From Minisyncoccota bacterium (GTDB lineage: Bacteria; Patescibacteriota; Minisyncoccia; Phycocordibacterales; JABAAK01): a DNA stretch of 64,000 nucleotides. The position numbers were made by a program, and so were the translations under genes. Within the stretch, counting starts at the first letter, position 1; each line of letters opens with the position of its first letter. The notes under the pieces were generated by a model. It was not told the DNA's origin, ran no database searches, and saw only the letters and a list, made by a program, of their open reading frames with translations. The stretch spans positions 94,041 to 158,040 of the forward strand of contig OZ244939.1 in NCBI GenBank assembly GCA_965222235.1. The letters are read 5' to 3'. Shown here piece by piece: positions 49,743 to 58,411 of this stretch.

Positions 49743-49824
49743 TGCCGGAGGAGGGACTTGAACCCTCACACCCGAAGGTACACGATTTTGAGTCGTGCGC
49801 GTCTGCCAATTCCGCCACTCCGGC
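49743..49824 (-). tRNA. tRNA-Leu (CAA)
   Basis: GCCGGAG/CTCCGGC acceptor stem, CACGA-CTCAAAA-TCGTG, variable arm. Confidence 0.96.
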
Positions 49825-50062
49825 CTTGTGATACATACAGTATATACCCCGTTTACATTGATGCTGCACACATGAAAAGAATTCTTCTCCACAACGATGT
49901 ACGAAGGGAGGTTGTGTCGGGTGTGAGACTCACCTGCCCGGCGGCGGCGGAAGAGGGAGACAGCACTCCCGCCGTATGTCCGCTGAACGACAGCACACCG
50001 ACAAGTATACCCCGCCTGTCCGTTTCGTCAAAAAATACACCGATATGATGCAAGTAATACGG

Positions 50063-50144
50063 TGCCGGAGGAGGGATTCGAACCCTCACACCCGAAGGTA
50101 CACGATTTTAAGTCGTGCGCGTATACCAATTCCGCCACTCCGGC
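50063..50144 (-). tRNA. tRNA-Leu (TAA)
   Basis: Same body as the CAA copy, CACGA-CTTAAAA-TCGTG. Confidence 0.96.
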
Positions 50145-50183
50145 CTTCTACAAACAGTATATATGCAGTTCCGGCTGCAAAAC

Positions 50184-52478
50184 CTACCGCACCTCAAATC
50201 CTTTCTCCTGCAGCACCCGATACAGCCGTTCCGTCTGTTCATTGACAATACCGTCATCAAGTGTCTGAGAATCCGATTGAAATACCAGACGGAACGCATA
50301 TGATGTCCGTCCGTCTTTGACAAATGTGTCAAATAGATTGGTGCGGTATAGATAGCTGCCGCCGTGATCGTGCAGCAGCCGTTCCGCATCTTCTGCAGAA
50401 ACACCCGGGGGAACGAACATCGCAACATCGCGGAGCGCGAACGGATACGGCGAAGGAATACGATACTGCACATCCCCGATCGCCGGAGGAAGCATGTAGG
50501 TGTCAGCGGTAAGATCAATATCGTCAAGCACCACCTCCAATACCGAACCGTCAAAACTGCCGGGCAGGTCAATGCGGGAACGTACCGCCTCCTCAATCTC
50601 TTTCATATTCACCTTCGGCCTGCCGACCGTTTCAGTTACGCCGAGCGCAAGATGAACCTTTTCACCGTCTTCAGTGAAAACACTGCCGATTTCCATAATC
50701 CGGATATCACGCAGGCCGAGCAGCTCGCCGTTGTGCGCATTGCGCACAAGTGCCTCCTCAATCCCCTGCCGGAGATTCGGGCGGAGACACCCTTTGTCTT
50801 TCGCCACCGGATGTGCAACACAGATATCCCCCCTGTCACGGAATGAATAGGTGATGACTTCGGAAAAACCGAGCTCCCCGAGCTCCCGAATGAGCGCCAA
50901 ACGCTTCGCGAATGTTTTCGTGACCGTTCGTGCCGGTACATCGCCCGCCGGATCGGCTGCCGGTACGGCATCATAACCTGACATCCTGCCGATCTCCTCA
51001 ATGACATCGGCTTCGTGCTGTATATCAGGCCGCTCAACAGGAACGGTAATAATGAATCGCCGCTCGCCCCCGGACCATATCTCAGATGCATACACCATCC
51101 GACTGCGCTGAAACGGACGGCGCACGACGGCACGTTCGCCGGTGTCCCCTTCCGCCTCAATGACGGTATCGGCATCCAACAGAACCCCCGCATGATTGAT
51201 ACCCCGTTCGAGCGTGCCGGGAGACACCGGATACCCCGCCTCATATACCTGTTTTGTATGCAACGGCAATTTCGGATCGGCGGACACCATAAACACGAGG
51301 TCACCGGGTTTCGGATCAATCACCGGATTTGTTGAAAGATACTGATTAACAGACATACGGGGAAGTGAGGTGCCCGCCTGCGCCGCGGCAAAACATATGA
51401 GCGAGGAGCAGTCAAACATATCCGGCGCGTCTTTGGTGACTGATGCCCCCCAGGCATATGGTTTGCCGATCTGTAACTGCAGCACATCAAGGAAATATGC
51501 CCGGGGATCGCCGTACTCAAACGGCAGCTGCAGCCGCTCCAGTACATTCCGTATATCCTTCTCCGTGTATGATGACCCGAGATACTGATTCACACCGGCG
51601 ACTGACATGCCTGTTTTCCGCTGCCGTCCGAGCGGTACGCGCCGGCAGTCATATGACCCGGTGACGGTGCCGTACTGACCGAACACTTCCGCGACGCGAT
51701 GCATGGTATAGTCAATGAGCTCGGCGGGAAGATTCTGAGAAAAACGCAGACCGGCATCGGAGGTAAGATTAAGGCGGCGCATCGTTGCACGCACCGCGGC
51801 GCCCTGAAAGGTTGCCACTTCTACATATATATCTTTTGTGTCCGCATCAACTCCGGCATCCTCGCCCCCCTTAATGCCGGCCAGCCCCACGGCGCGGTCG
51901 TTGTCAACAATGACCGTATCCTCGGGTGTCAGCGTGATCGTGTCGCCGCCGAGAAGTGTCAGTGTTTCACCCTCCTTTGCCTGCCGTACACCGAACATTC
52001 CTGTAGTTTTTGCCGCATCAAATACGTGCGTCGGCTGGCCGATATCAAAAAGCAGGTAGTTAGATAAGTCAACAAGCGGACTGATGCTCCGCTGTCCGAG
52101 CGCCTCCAGCCGCTTCTGTATTTCAGCGGGCGTTTCGCGCAGATTAATATCTGACACGTTCAGCACGGTGTACCGGTCGCACCGGTCGGTATAAATATAT
52201 TCCTTTTTCTCCGCGAATGAAAACGGTGTATCAAAATACCGCCGGTTCATGGCAAGCGAGAAAATGGCCGCGATCTCTTTCGCGATGCCGTAGTGCGCAA
52301 GACAATCCGCGGAACGGTTCGGCAGAATATCAAGTTCATAGACCGTGTCACCGTTCTGTTCCGCTGCCGACTCAACCTCAAACGAATGCCGCATCAGCCC
52401 TTCACGAATATCTTCCGGAGGCGGCAGCGGTATATCAAAGAATGATTGTAACCAGGCATGGCTGTATATTCTTTTCAT
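50184..52478 (-). CDS. pheT: Phenylalanyl-tRNA synthetase beta subunit lacking B2, with an NlpC/P60 domain inserted in B5
   Basis: LPNRSADC, GQPTHVFD, LAGIKGG, RPDIQHEADVIEEIGR, FDX-ACB (YPFALRDVA, SYAFRLVFQ); insert GKPYAWG..FDCSS..PGDLVF..HAG. Confidence 0.95.
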   Translation of the reverse strand: MKRIYSHAWLQSFFDIPLPPPEDIREGLMRHSFEVESAAEQNGDTVYELDILPNRSADCLAHYGIAKEIAAIFSLAMNRRYFDTPFSFAEKKEYIYTDRCDRYTVLNVSDINLRETPAEIQKRLEALGQRSISPLVDLSNYLLFDIGQPTHVFDAAKTTGMFGVRQAKEGETLTLLGGDTITLTPEDTVIVDNDRAVGLAGIKGGEDAGVDADTKDIYVEVATFQGAAVRATMRRLNLTSDAGLRFSQNLPAELIDYTMHRVAEVFGQYGTVTGSYDCRRVPLGRQRKTGMSVAGVNQYLGSSYTEKDIRNVLERLQLPFEYGDPRAYFLDVLQLQIGKPYAWGASVTKDAPDMFDCSSLICFAAAQAGTSLPRMSVNQYLSTNPVIDPKPGDLVFMVSADPKLPLHTKQVYEAGYPVSPGTLERGINHAGVLLDADTVIEAEGDTGERAVVRRPFQRSRMVYASEIWSGGERRFIITVPVERPDIQHEADVIEEIGRMSGYDAVPAADPAGDVPARTVTKTFAKRLALIRELGELGFSEVITYSFRDRGDICVAHPVAKDKGCLRPNLRQGIEEALVRNAHNGELLGLRDIRIMEIGSVFTEDGEKVHLALGVTETVGRPKVNMKEIEEAVRSRIDLPGSFDGSVLEVVLDDIDLTADTYMLPPAIGDVQYRIPSPYPFALRDVAMFVPPGVSAEDAERLLHDHGGSYLYRTNLFDTFVKDGRTSYAFRLVFQSDSQTLDDGIVNEQTERLYRVLQEKGFEVR

Positions 52479-52479
52479 G

Positions 52480-53184
52480 TTAAAACTGGTTGATCAGACG
52501 GAGATCCGCTTTGTAGAGCAGGCGTACATCATCAAACTGGTAGCGCAGCATTGCAATGCGGTCAATCCCTATCCCGAACGCAAATCCACGGTACCGGCGC
52601 GGATCAATGCCCACCCGCGAGAGCACCTGCCGGTGCACCATACCGCACCCGAGTATTTCTATCCATTGATCATCCCCGTTCCGTTTCATGTCCACCTCCA
52701 GACTCGGTTCGGTGAACGGAAAAAAACTCGGGCGGTACCGGATTAAAACAGTACTGCCGAACAGGCGGCGCAGCACGGCTTCAAGCACCCCTTTCATGTC
52801 GGCAAGTGAGGTATCTTCGGTGATACACAGTCCCTCAAGCTGGTGAAACTGTGCTTCATGCGTTGCATCAGTCGCCTCATTCCTGAATACTTTGCCCGGA
52901 ATGATAATGCGGATGGGAGGCTGGTGGGTTTCCATATGCCGTATCTGCACCGGCGAGGTGTGCGTCCGCATTACCTGTCCCGGGGTGTCTTTAATCCAAA
53001 AGGTGTCCTGCATGTCCCGGGCCGGATGATCTGCGGGGATATTCAGCGCGTCAAAATTGTGGTACTCATCCTCAAGCTCGGGGCCGACGGCGATTGTGTA
53101 GCCGAATTCATCAAAAATACCGGTCATCTCGCCGATGATCGCAGTGAGGGGGTGCGTGCTTCCCCGTCGTATCCCCGATTCCAT
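52480..53184 (-). CDS. pheS: Phenylalanyl-tRNA synthetase alpha subunit (no N-terminal coiled coil)
   Basis: HPARDMQDTFW, RTHTSPVQ, FHQLEG, FPFTEPS, GFAFGIGIDR. Confidence 0.97.
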   Translation of the reverse strand: MESGIRRGSTHPLTAIIGEMTGIFDEFGYTIAVGPELEDEYHNFDALNIPADHPARDMQDTFWIKDTPGQVMRTHTSPVQIRHMETHQPPIRIIIPGKVFRNEATDATHEAQFHQLEGLCITEDTSLADMKGVLEAVLRRLFGSTVLIRYRPSFFPFTEPSLEVDMKRNGDDQWIEILGCGMVHRQVLSRVGIDPRRYRGFAFGIGIDRIAMLRYQFDDVRLLYKADLRLINQF

Positions 53185-53205
53185 ATGTATGTCAGTATAT
53201 CATAC

Positions 53206-53676
53206 ATGACCGGTATTCTTCTTGAAAATATACGGAGTGTGTTCAATGTCGGCAGTATATTCAGAACGGCCGATGCGGTCGGCGCCTCATTTGTACTGCT
53301 GTGCGGGTATACGCCGTGCCCGATTGACCGCATGGGACGCGTCAATGTAAAGATGCATAAAACGGCTCTCGGAGCGGAGATGAGCGTTCCGTGGAAGCGG
53401 TTTGAAAGCACACGGAAGGCGCTGAATGCCTATCCCGATCTGATGCCGGTTGCTGTTGAACAGACACCGTCCGCGGTACCCTACACGGAATGCGCCGTCG
53501 AACACCCCCTGTTCATATTCGGTAACGAAGTGGACGGCATCAGCCGGGACATTCGTGCGCAGGCACAGCGGCATATTTGCCTGCCTATGCGGGGATCAAA
53601 GGAATCGCTCAATGTCTCCATGTGCGCCGCGGTGGTGCTCTACCATCATTACTCCCGGGCGGCTGTCGCACCTTAA
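53206..53676 (+). CDS. TrmH/SpoU-family RNA methyltransferase
   Basis: NVGSIFRTADA, FGNEVDG, KESLNVS. Confidence 0.93.
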   Translation: MTGILLENIRSVFNVGSIFRTADAVGASFVLLCGYTPCPIDRMGRVNVKMHKTALGAEMSVPWKRFESTRKALNAYPDLMPVAVEQTPSAVPYTECAVEHPLFIFGNEVDGISRDIRAQAQRHICLPMRGSKESLNVSMCAAVVLYHHYSRAAVAP

Positions 53677-54060
53677 TCAGCGGGAAGAGCGCTTTTTAAC
53701 TGATGATTTTTTCTCAAACAGCGTGCGCAGGTGCGGAGATATTTTTTTGATAGATTTTTTCTTAACGCGCACCTTGCCGGTTTTCATTTCATCATATTTC
53801 TTGTGTGTTTCAATGATCGGCTCAGCAATGGGATCAATGAGATCATGCTCAACCGCATCGCTTCCCTTTTTATACACATTAGTCATATATGCGATGCCTA
53901 TTTCAAGTTTTCTCACGGCAGCAAGTGCCCTGTCGTCAATATATTTCCGGAATCCGGAAGCGATGCGCACGCCGAAGTGATGTTCACAGAGAATCAGCGC
54001 GAGATACAGCAGTGCTGACAGGGACACGATGACTGTGATGTGCCCGAAATACTGCTCCAT
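53677..54060 (-). CDS. Hypothetical membrane-anchored protein
   Basis: N-terminal TM, basic C-terminus; TATACT 7 nt before ATG. Confidence 0.7.
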   Translation of the reverse strand: MEQYFGHITVIVSLSALLYLALILCEHHFGVRIASGFRKYIDDRALAAVRKLEIGIAYMTNVYKKGSDAVEHDLIDPIAEPIIETHKKYDEMKTGKVRVKKKSIKKISPHLRTLFEKKSSVKKRSSR

Positions 54061-54079
54061 ACCATTAAGTATACCGCTG

Positions 54080-54661
54080 TTATATAACCCAGACGGTATA
54101 TTTCCCCACCTCTATCCGTTCGCCGAATTTTTGCACCGCCTCATCAATCATATTTTTCACCGTGCGGAAGTCGTCTTTCAAAAATGCCTGTTCAAGCAGA
54201 ATGACCTCCCGCATCTTCGCATCCACCATACCCTGCAGTATCTTTTCCTGAATATCCGCGGGCTTACCGGCATCTATGCCCTCTTTCAGTTCCGCAAGAA
54301 CCGTGTCCATCACATCCTGCGGCACCTGATCGCGGGAACAATACTGCGGCTGGTACGCCGCGCAGTGCATCGCGACATCACGCGCAAGCGCAATGAACCC
54401 CTCATTGCGGGCAACGAAATCAGTTTCGCAGAACATCTCAACCATCGCGCCGATGCGGTTCGTGGTATGAATGTATGACTGAATGACACCGGCGCCGAGA
54501 TTACGCTCTGACTTTTTCTGCGCGGCAAGAGCGCCACGCTCACGCAGCACCTCTCTCGCCCGCTCAATATCGCCGTCAGACATCTCCAGCGCCTCTTTGC
54601 ACTTCGAAATGGAATGTCCTGTCTCATCCCGCAATGTTTTAATTACCGTAATATCCACCAT
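54080..54661 (-). CDS. tsf: Elongation factor Ts (short form)
   Basis: LRDETG, CETDFVA, LLEQAF; downstream of rpsB. Confidence 0.96.
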   Translation of the reverse strand: MVDITVIKTLRDETGHSISKCKEALEMSDGDIERAREVLRERGALAAQKKSERNLGAGVIQSYIHTTNRIGAMVEMFCETDFVARNEGFIALARDVAMHCAAYQPQYCSRDQVPQDVMDTVLAELKEGIDAGKPADIQEKILQGMVDAKMREVILLEQAFLKDDFRTVKNMIDEAVQKFGERIEVGKYTVWVI

Positions 54662-54666
54662 ATATA

Positions 54667-55380
54667 TTACTCCGTATCGTCGGTCGTATCGTCATTTTTC
54701 CCTTTTTTCCTCACTCCGGTGAGATATGCCTCTTCAATGAGAGAGAGAATGTATTGCACCGCATCACGCGACTGAATGTTCGCGATGATGGGATGCTGAA
54801 TGAGATTCCTGTCGGCATCGGCATTTGAAAAACCGATGACGGAAACACCGAGGCGGTTCGCCTCGGTGACGGCATTGTGCTCCTTCCGTGTGTCAAGTAC
54901 GAATACGGCGGACGGCATCTCTTCAAGAGAGATAATGCCTAAAAATTTACTCTCCAACTTGGTCAGTTCCCGATTCATCAATACTTTTTCTTTTTTGGTA
55001 AAGCGGGTCCATTTCCCCTCTTTCTTTTCCCGGCGCAGACGTTCCATATATTCAACCCGACCGCGGATGTTTTTGAAATTAGACAGTGCACCGCCGATCC
55101 ATCGGTTCAGCATGTACGGCATGGAAAGCGCCTGCGCGGTTTTTTCAACGAGATCAATTGTTTCCTTCCTCGTTGAAACGAAAAGGATAATCTGCCCCTT
55201 ATTCCCACACTGTTCAATATATGACAATGTTGACTGAAGCATATCAGTTATCTTTTCAACATCAAACATATTTCTTCCGACGGTAACGGAAGACAGCGAT
55301 GGATGGCGATACCGCCCCGTCACGGCATACTGGCCCCCGACTTCCCGTATCTTTTCTGCAATATCCTGATTACTCGGCAT
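54667..55380 (-). CDS. rpsB: 30S ribosomal protein S2 (divergent N-terminus)
   Basis: ILFVSTRK, RWIGGALSNF, AVTEA, PIIAN. Confidence 0.9.
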   Translation of the reverse strand: MPSNQDIAEKIREVGGQYAVTGRYRHPSLSSVTVGRNMFDVEKITDMLQSTLSYIEQCGNKGQIILFVSTRKETIDLVEKTAQALSMPYMLNRWIGGALSNFKNIRGRVEYMERLRREKKEGKWTRFTKKEKVLMNRELTKLESKFLGIISLEEMPSAVFVLDTRKEHNAVTEANRLGVSVIGFSNADADRNLIQHPIIANIQSRDAVQYILSLIEEAYLTGVRKKGKNDDTTDDTE

Positions 55381-55438
55381 ATATACAGGCATCATACCAC
55401 GCATACTGCGCTGATGGCAAGGAAGTTTCCGGCCGATG

Positions 55439-56179
55439 TTATGCCGCCTTCAGGCCCGCATCATCATCCGACAATGTAGCCAGTTCCCGGAATACCCGCT
55501 CTTTCTCCTTATCGACGTACACGGCAAAACCGGTATCGGCGATATACCGCAACGCATCCAATGAGCAGGAAAAAATACCGGGCATCTGCATCACTTCTTC
55601 ACGGTATCCCCGATCAAGAAGGGATCCGGCTTCAAATACGGAAAGAGATTGTTTCGGAAAATGATGAAGGTGCTGCACAAGCACATCGGAGGAGCCGTTT
55701 TCAATGAGCGCACGCGCCAGCGCAGACCGCTCAACCTCGGCAAAGGTATCATTGAGGTGCGCGAATACGAATGCGGCATCTCCCCGTGCGGCGAGCAGCA
55801 GCGCCACATCAACGCGGGAGACAATATCGGTGGAATCAACCAGCGGAATGACTTCGGAGATGATCCGATCAATCGGAACAAATTCAATGCTGTCAAATAG
55901 TTCCCGCCCGGTCACGGCAATGCTCTCAACCGTTTCAATTTCCTTCCGCATTTCCCCAGATTCCCTTCGCCGCCGCCCCTTGGTTGTCGTATCTTCAAAC
56001 CTGATATCCTGTTTATCATTCCTGCGAGGCTCGGCGCCGTCACGGATTCCTTTCGTATGATCACTTTTTCTTTTTGTTATCCTGTTGTTCTGCCGCTCAA
56101 CAAATTGACGGTCGCCCTTGCTCCGCTGCGCCGTTGTGCGCTTCTTTTCCCTTTTCGCATCAAAACCGAATAACTTCAT
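55439..56179 (-). CDS. Hypothetical protein (basic disordered N-terminus, helical C-terminus)
   Basis: Long ORF; TATACT shortly before MKLFGF. Confidence 0.65.
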   Translation of the reverse strand: MKLFGFDAKREKKRTTAQRSKGDRQFVERQNNRITKRKSDHTKGIRDGAEPRRNDKQDIRFEDTTTKGRRRRESGEMRKEIETVESIAVTGRELFDSIEFVPIDRIISEVIPLVDSTDIVSRVDVALLLAARGDAAFVFAHLNDTFAEVERSALARALIENGSSDVLVQHLHHFPKQSLSVFEAGSLLDRGYREEVMQMPGIFSCSLDALRYIADTGFAVYVDKEKERVFRELATLSDDDAGLKAA

Positions 56180-56314
56180 ATATATCTGCAGTATATACCC
56201 TCTCTCCGTGTGCCTGGTACGTATCACCATATTTTCCACATGAACCGGAACAGGTGCCCGTATCCGGGATGTATACTGAAGAGTAGAAATCATTACCACC
56301 GGAAGGAGAAAAAC

Positions 56315-56878
56315 ATGGACATCGGTTTGGATTTTGACGGCGTCATTGCTGACTGCAATGTGGTAAAGTCAATTGCCGCAGAAAAAATTTACGGTGAGCA
56401 CATTTCTCCCCGGGCATTCGCCATGAAGGAGATCGCGGAAGTGCTTACAGACGATCAATACCGGAACCTGAAACGCAGAATATATAACACGCGGGAATTT
56501 GAATCCGCAATGCGGCTTATCTGCGGAGCGGAGCGGACCATCAACGCACTGCTCGCCGAGGGACATGTAGTCCGGGTCATCACATCGCGGTTTGACACCA
56601 GTCTCACCATCGCCCGGCAATTCCTGCTCCGGCATGCCCTGCCGCTGCAGATCACAGGAGTCGGTATCAATACCAGCAAAAAAGAAGCTGCTGACGGTCT
56701 TGATGTGTTCATAGACGACGATGTTGAAAAGCTGGAACCGCTTGTCACGACCGTCAAACATCTGTATGTTTTCTCGTATCGGGATTGTGATGCGGATGAA
56801 CAAAATCTGCGCATCCGACGGGTATCTTCCTGGGAAGACATACATAACCGCATTCGTGCGCTTACCAAAGACACCTGA
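56315..56878 (+). CDS. HAD-family 5'(3')-deoxyribonucleotidase-like protein
   Basis: IGLDFDGV, ITSR, FIDD, RVSSW; AAGGAG upstream. Confidence 0.85.
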   Translation: MDIGLDFDGVIADCNVVKSIAAEKIYGEHISPRAFAMKEIAEVLTDDQYRNLKRRIYNTREFESAMRLICGAERTINALLAEGHVVRVITSRFDTSLTIARQFLLRHALPLQITGVGINTSKKEAADGLDVFIDDDVEKLEPLVTTVKHLYVFSYRDCDADEQNLRIRRVSSWEDIHNRIRALTKDT

Positions 56879-56894
56879 CCCGGGTGTCTTTTCT
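56868..56894 (+). terminator. Hairpin terminator between convergent genes
   Basis: AAGACACCTG-ACC-CGGGTGTCTT then TT. Confidence 0.6.
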
Positions 56895-56920
56895 TGCCCC
56901 CGGTGTATTCCTCCATAAAG

Positions 56921-57898
56921 CTACATTCTCTTTTCAACGATGAAACCCTTCTCCGTGCCGATAATGCCGATGCCGTACACCTCCTGTGCGATGCCCTGAT
57001 GTAGCAGTTTTTTGGCAATCTGATTGACAGTCGCTCCGGATCCGATCATATCGTCAATAATGAGAACCCGGGTGAACTTCTCTTCATACAGCGGGATATG
57101 GAATGTGAGGTCGGCATATTTCAGCCGCTCCGCATCAGTTGACAGATATTTCTGCTGCTGCGGAACCTCTCCCCCCTGTTTCTCTATCGGTATGACCGGC
57201 AGTGAAAAAGCACCTCCAAAGCTCCGGGAAAACGAGTGCATAATCTGAAAATCCCTTGAGGCAGAGTGAGGAACAATCACCACCGCCTCAATGTCTTTGT
57301 CGCGGATATACGCGCGAAGGACGGGGAGAAAATCTGACAGCAGCTGCCTGCCGTACCTCTCTGCCTGCGGTGTGTTGTCCTTGGCGATGCCGAGAAAAAT
57401 TGATTCTTTGGTTTTTCCGAAATCAGGCAGCGCATACGGAAATGCAAACACGGCCTCCTGCAAAAACATTTTTTCTCCGGTTTTTTCAGAAAAAGACCGT
57501 ATTTTTTCCGTTGAAGAAAAAATGTTTCCCTGTACCGCGCTGACAGCCTCCTCATACAGGCTGACTTTTTCCTGCAGAGAATGTTTTTTTAAACTGCCGT
57601 CAGACCACCGTAAAAAGGCTTCGGCACCCGTGTACATATCACCGATGGTGTCCCTGTAGATAAAGTGTTTTTCAATAAGGGGGCTTCGTATGGTCGGGTC
57701 GGGTCGGCGCACCATGCGGTAGCGAACGCGCGGTGCTCTGCCTAATTTCTCCACATGCCCGCTCTCGGTCAGCTCCTTCAGATACCTATGCACCAACTGC
57801 GGACTGACATTCAGCAGGCGCACCAAATCACGCGGCGCACAGTCCTGCTTCTCCAGCATATCCACCAATGCCTGCCTTTTACTGGTTGTATGTTTCAT
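56921..57898 (-). CDS. Winged-HTH plus type I phosphoribosyltransferase-fold (ComF-like) protein
   Basis: N-terminal wHTH (LNVSPQLVHRYLKEL..G.VEKLG); PRPP loop VLIIDDMIGSGAT. Confidence 0.85.
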   Translation of the reverse strand: MKHTTSKRQALVDMLEKQDCAPRDLVRLLNVSPQLVHRYLKELTESGHVEKLGRAPRVRYRMVRRPDPTIRSPLIEKHFIYRDTIGDMYTGAEAFLRWSDGSLKKHSLQEKVSLYEEAVSAVQGNIFSSTEKIRSFSEKTGEKMFLQEAVFAFPYALPDFGKTKESIFLGIAKDNTPQAERYGRQLLSDFLPVLRAYIRDKDIEAVVIVPHSASRDFQIMHSFSRSFGGAFSLPVIPIEKQGGEVPQQQKYLSTDAERLKYADLTFHIPLYEEKFTRVLIIDDMIGSGATVNQIAKKLLHQGIAQEVYGIGIIGTEKGFIVEKRM

Positions 57899-57935
57899 GA
57901 TGGTATGGTATCACATATATAAACAAATATACAGA

Positions 57936-58173
57936 CTATGGAATAAGGATATTAAGATAAAAGTCCACTATATACAGGATATTTTTTAGTTTATAGCACA
58001 CCATGTACTATAAACAACCATAGAGCCTATGAAATAAGGATATTGAGATAAAAGTCCACTATATACAGGATATTTTTTGGTTTATAGCACACCGTGTACT
58101 ATAAACAACCATAGAGCCTATGAAATAAGGATATTGAGATAAAAGTCCACTATATACAGGATATTTTTTGGTT
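57936..58173. repeat. 91-bp tandem repeat, ~2.6 well-conserved copies with degenerate flanks
   Basis: Units start at 57936, 58027, 58118; units 1 and 2 differ at 4 positions; each full unit holds the dyad GTTTATAG-N11-CTATAAAC. Confidence 0.95.
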
Positions 58174-58284
58174 GTATGGCACATCATACATGCTACACCG
58201 TCATATACTCCAGTATCGTAAAGAATGGTGAGAGAGATCTGCACACGACCGGGGTACATCCCGATCGTGTGTACACATAACATC

Positions 58285-58300
58285 TTTCTCTTGCTCCGAC
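58285..58300. repeat. Trailer arm of the 16S processing stem
   Basis: TTTCTCTTGCTCCGAC is the exact reverse complement of 59883-59898. Confidence 0.85.
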
Positions 58301-58411
58301 TGCCTCCGGTTACGCATATCCGGAAAAGCGGGTACATGTTTCGGACGAGGTACCATTGTCCTGCTCACAAATAAATGAGAGCAATTGACTTCCTCCTTGC
58401 GGAGGCAGTTT

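Noticed and set aside
49737-49892. N-terminal extension of MiaA (similar extensions for murF, mraZ, relA, topA, rmuC, trmH)
   Set aside because: The extensions run through tRNA genes, regulatory repeats or neighbouring genes; downstream ATGs match the family N-termini
49825-50062. Small CDS or integrated element between the two tRNA-Leu genes
   Set aside because: ORFs on both strands lack recognisable motifs; both tRNAs are full length, so this is not an attL/attR pair
57936-58173. CRISPR array
   Set aside because: Units are contiguous and near-identical with no unique spacers; no cas genes in the window
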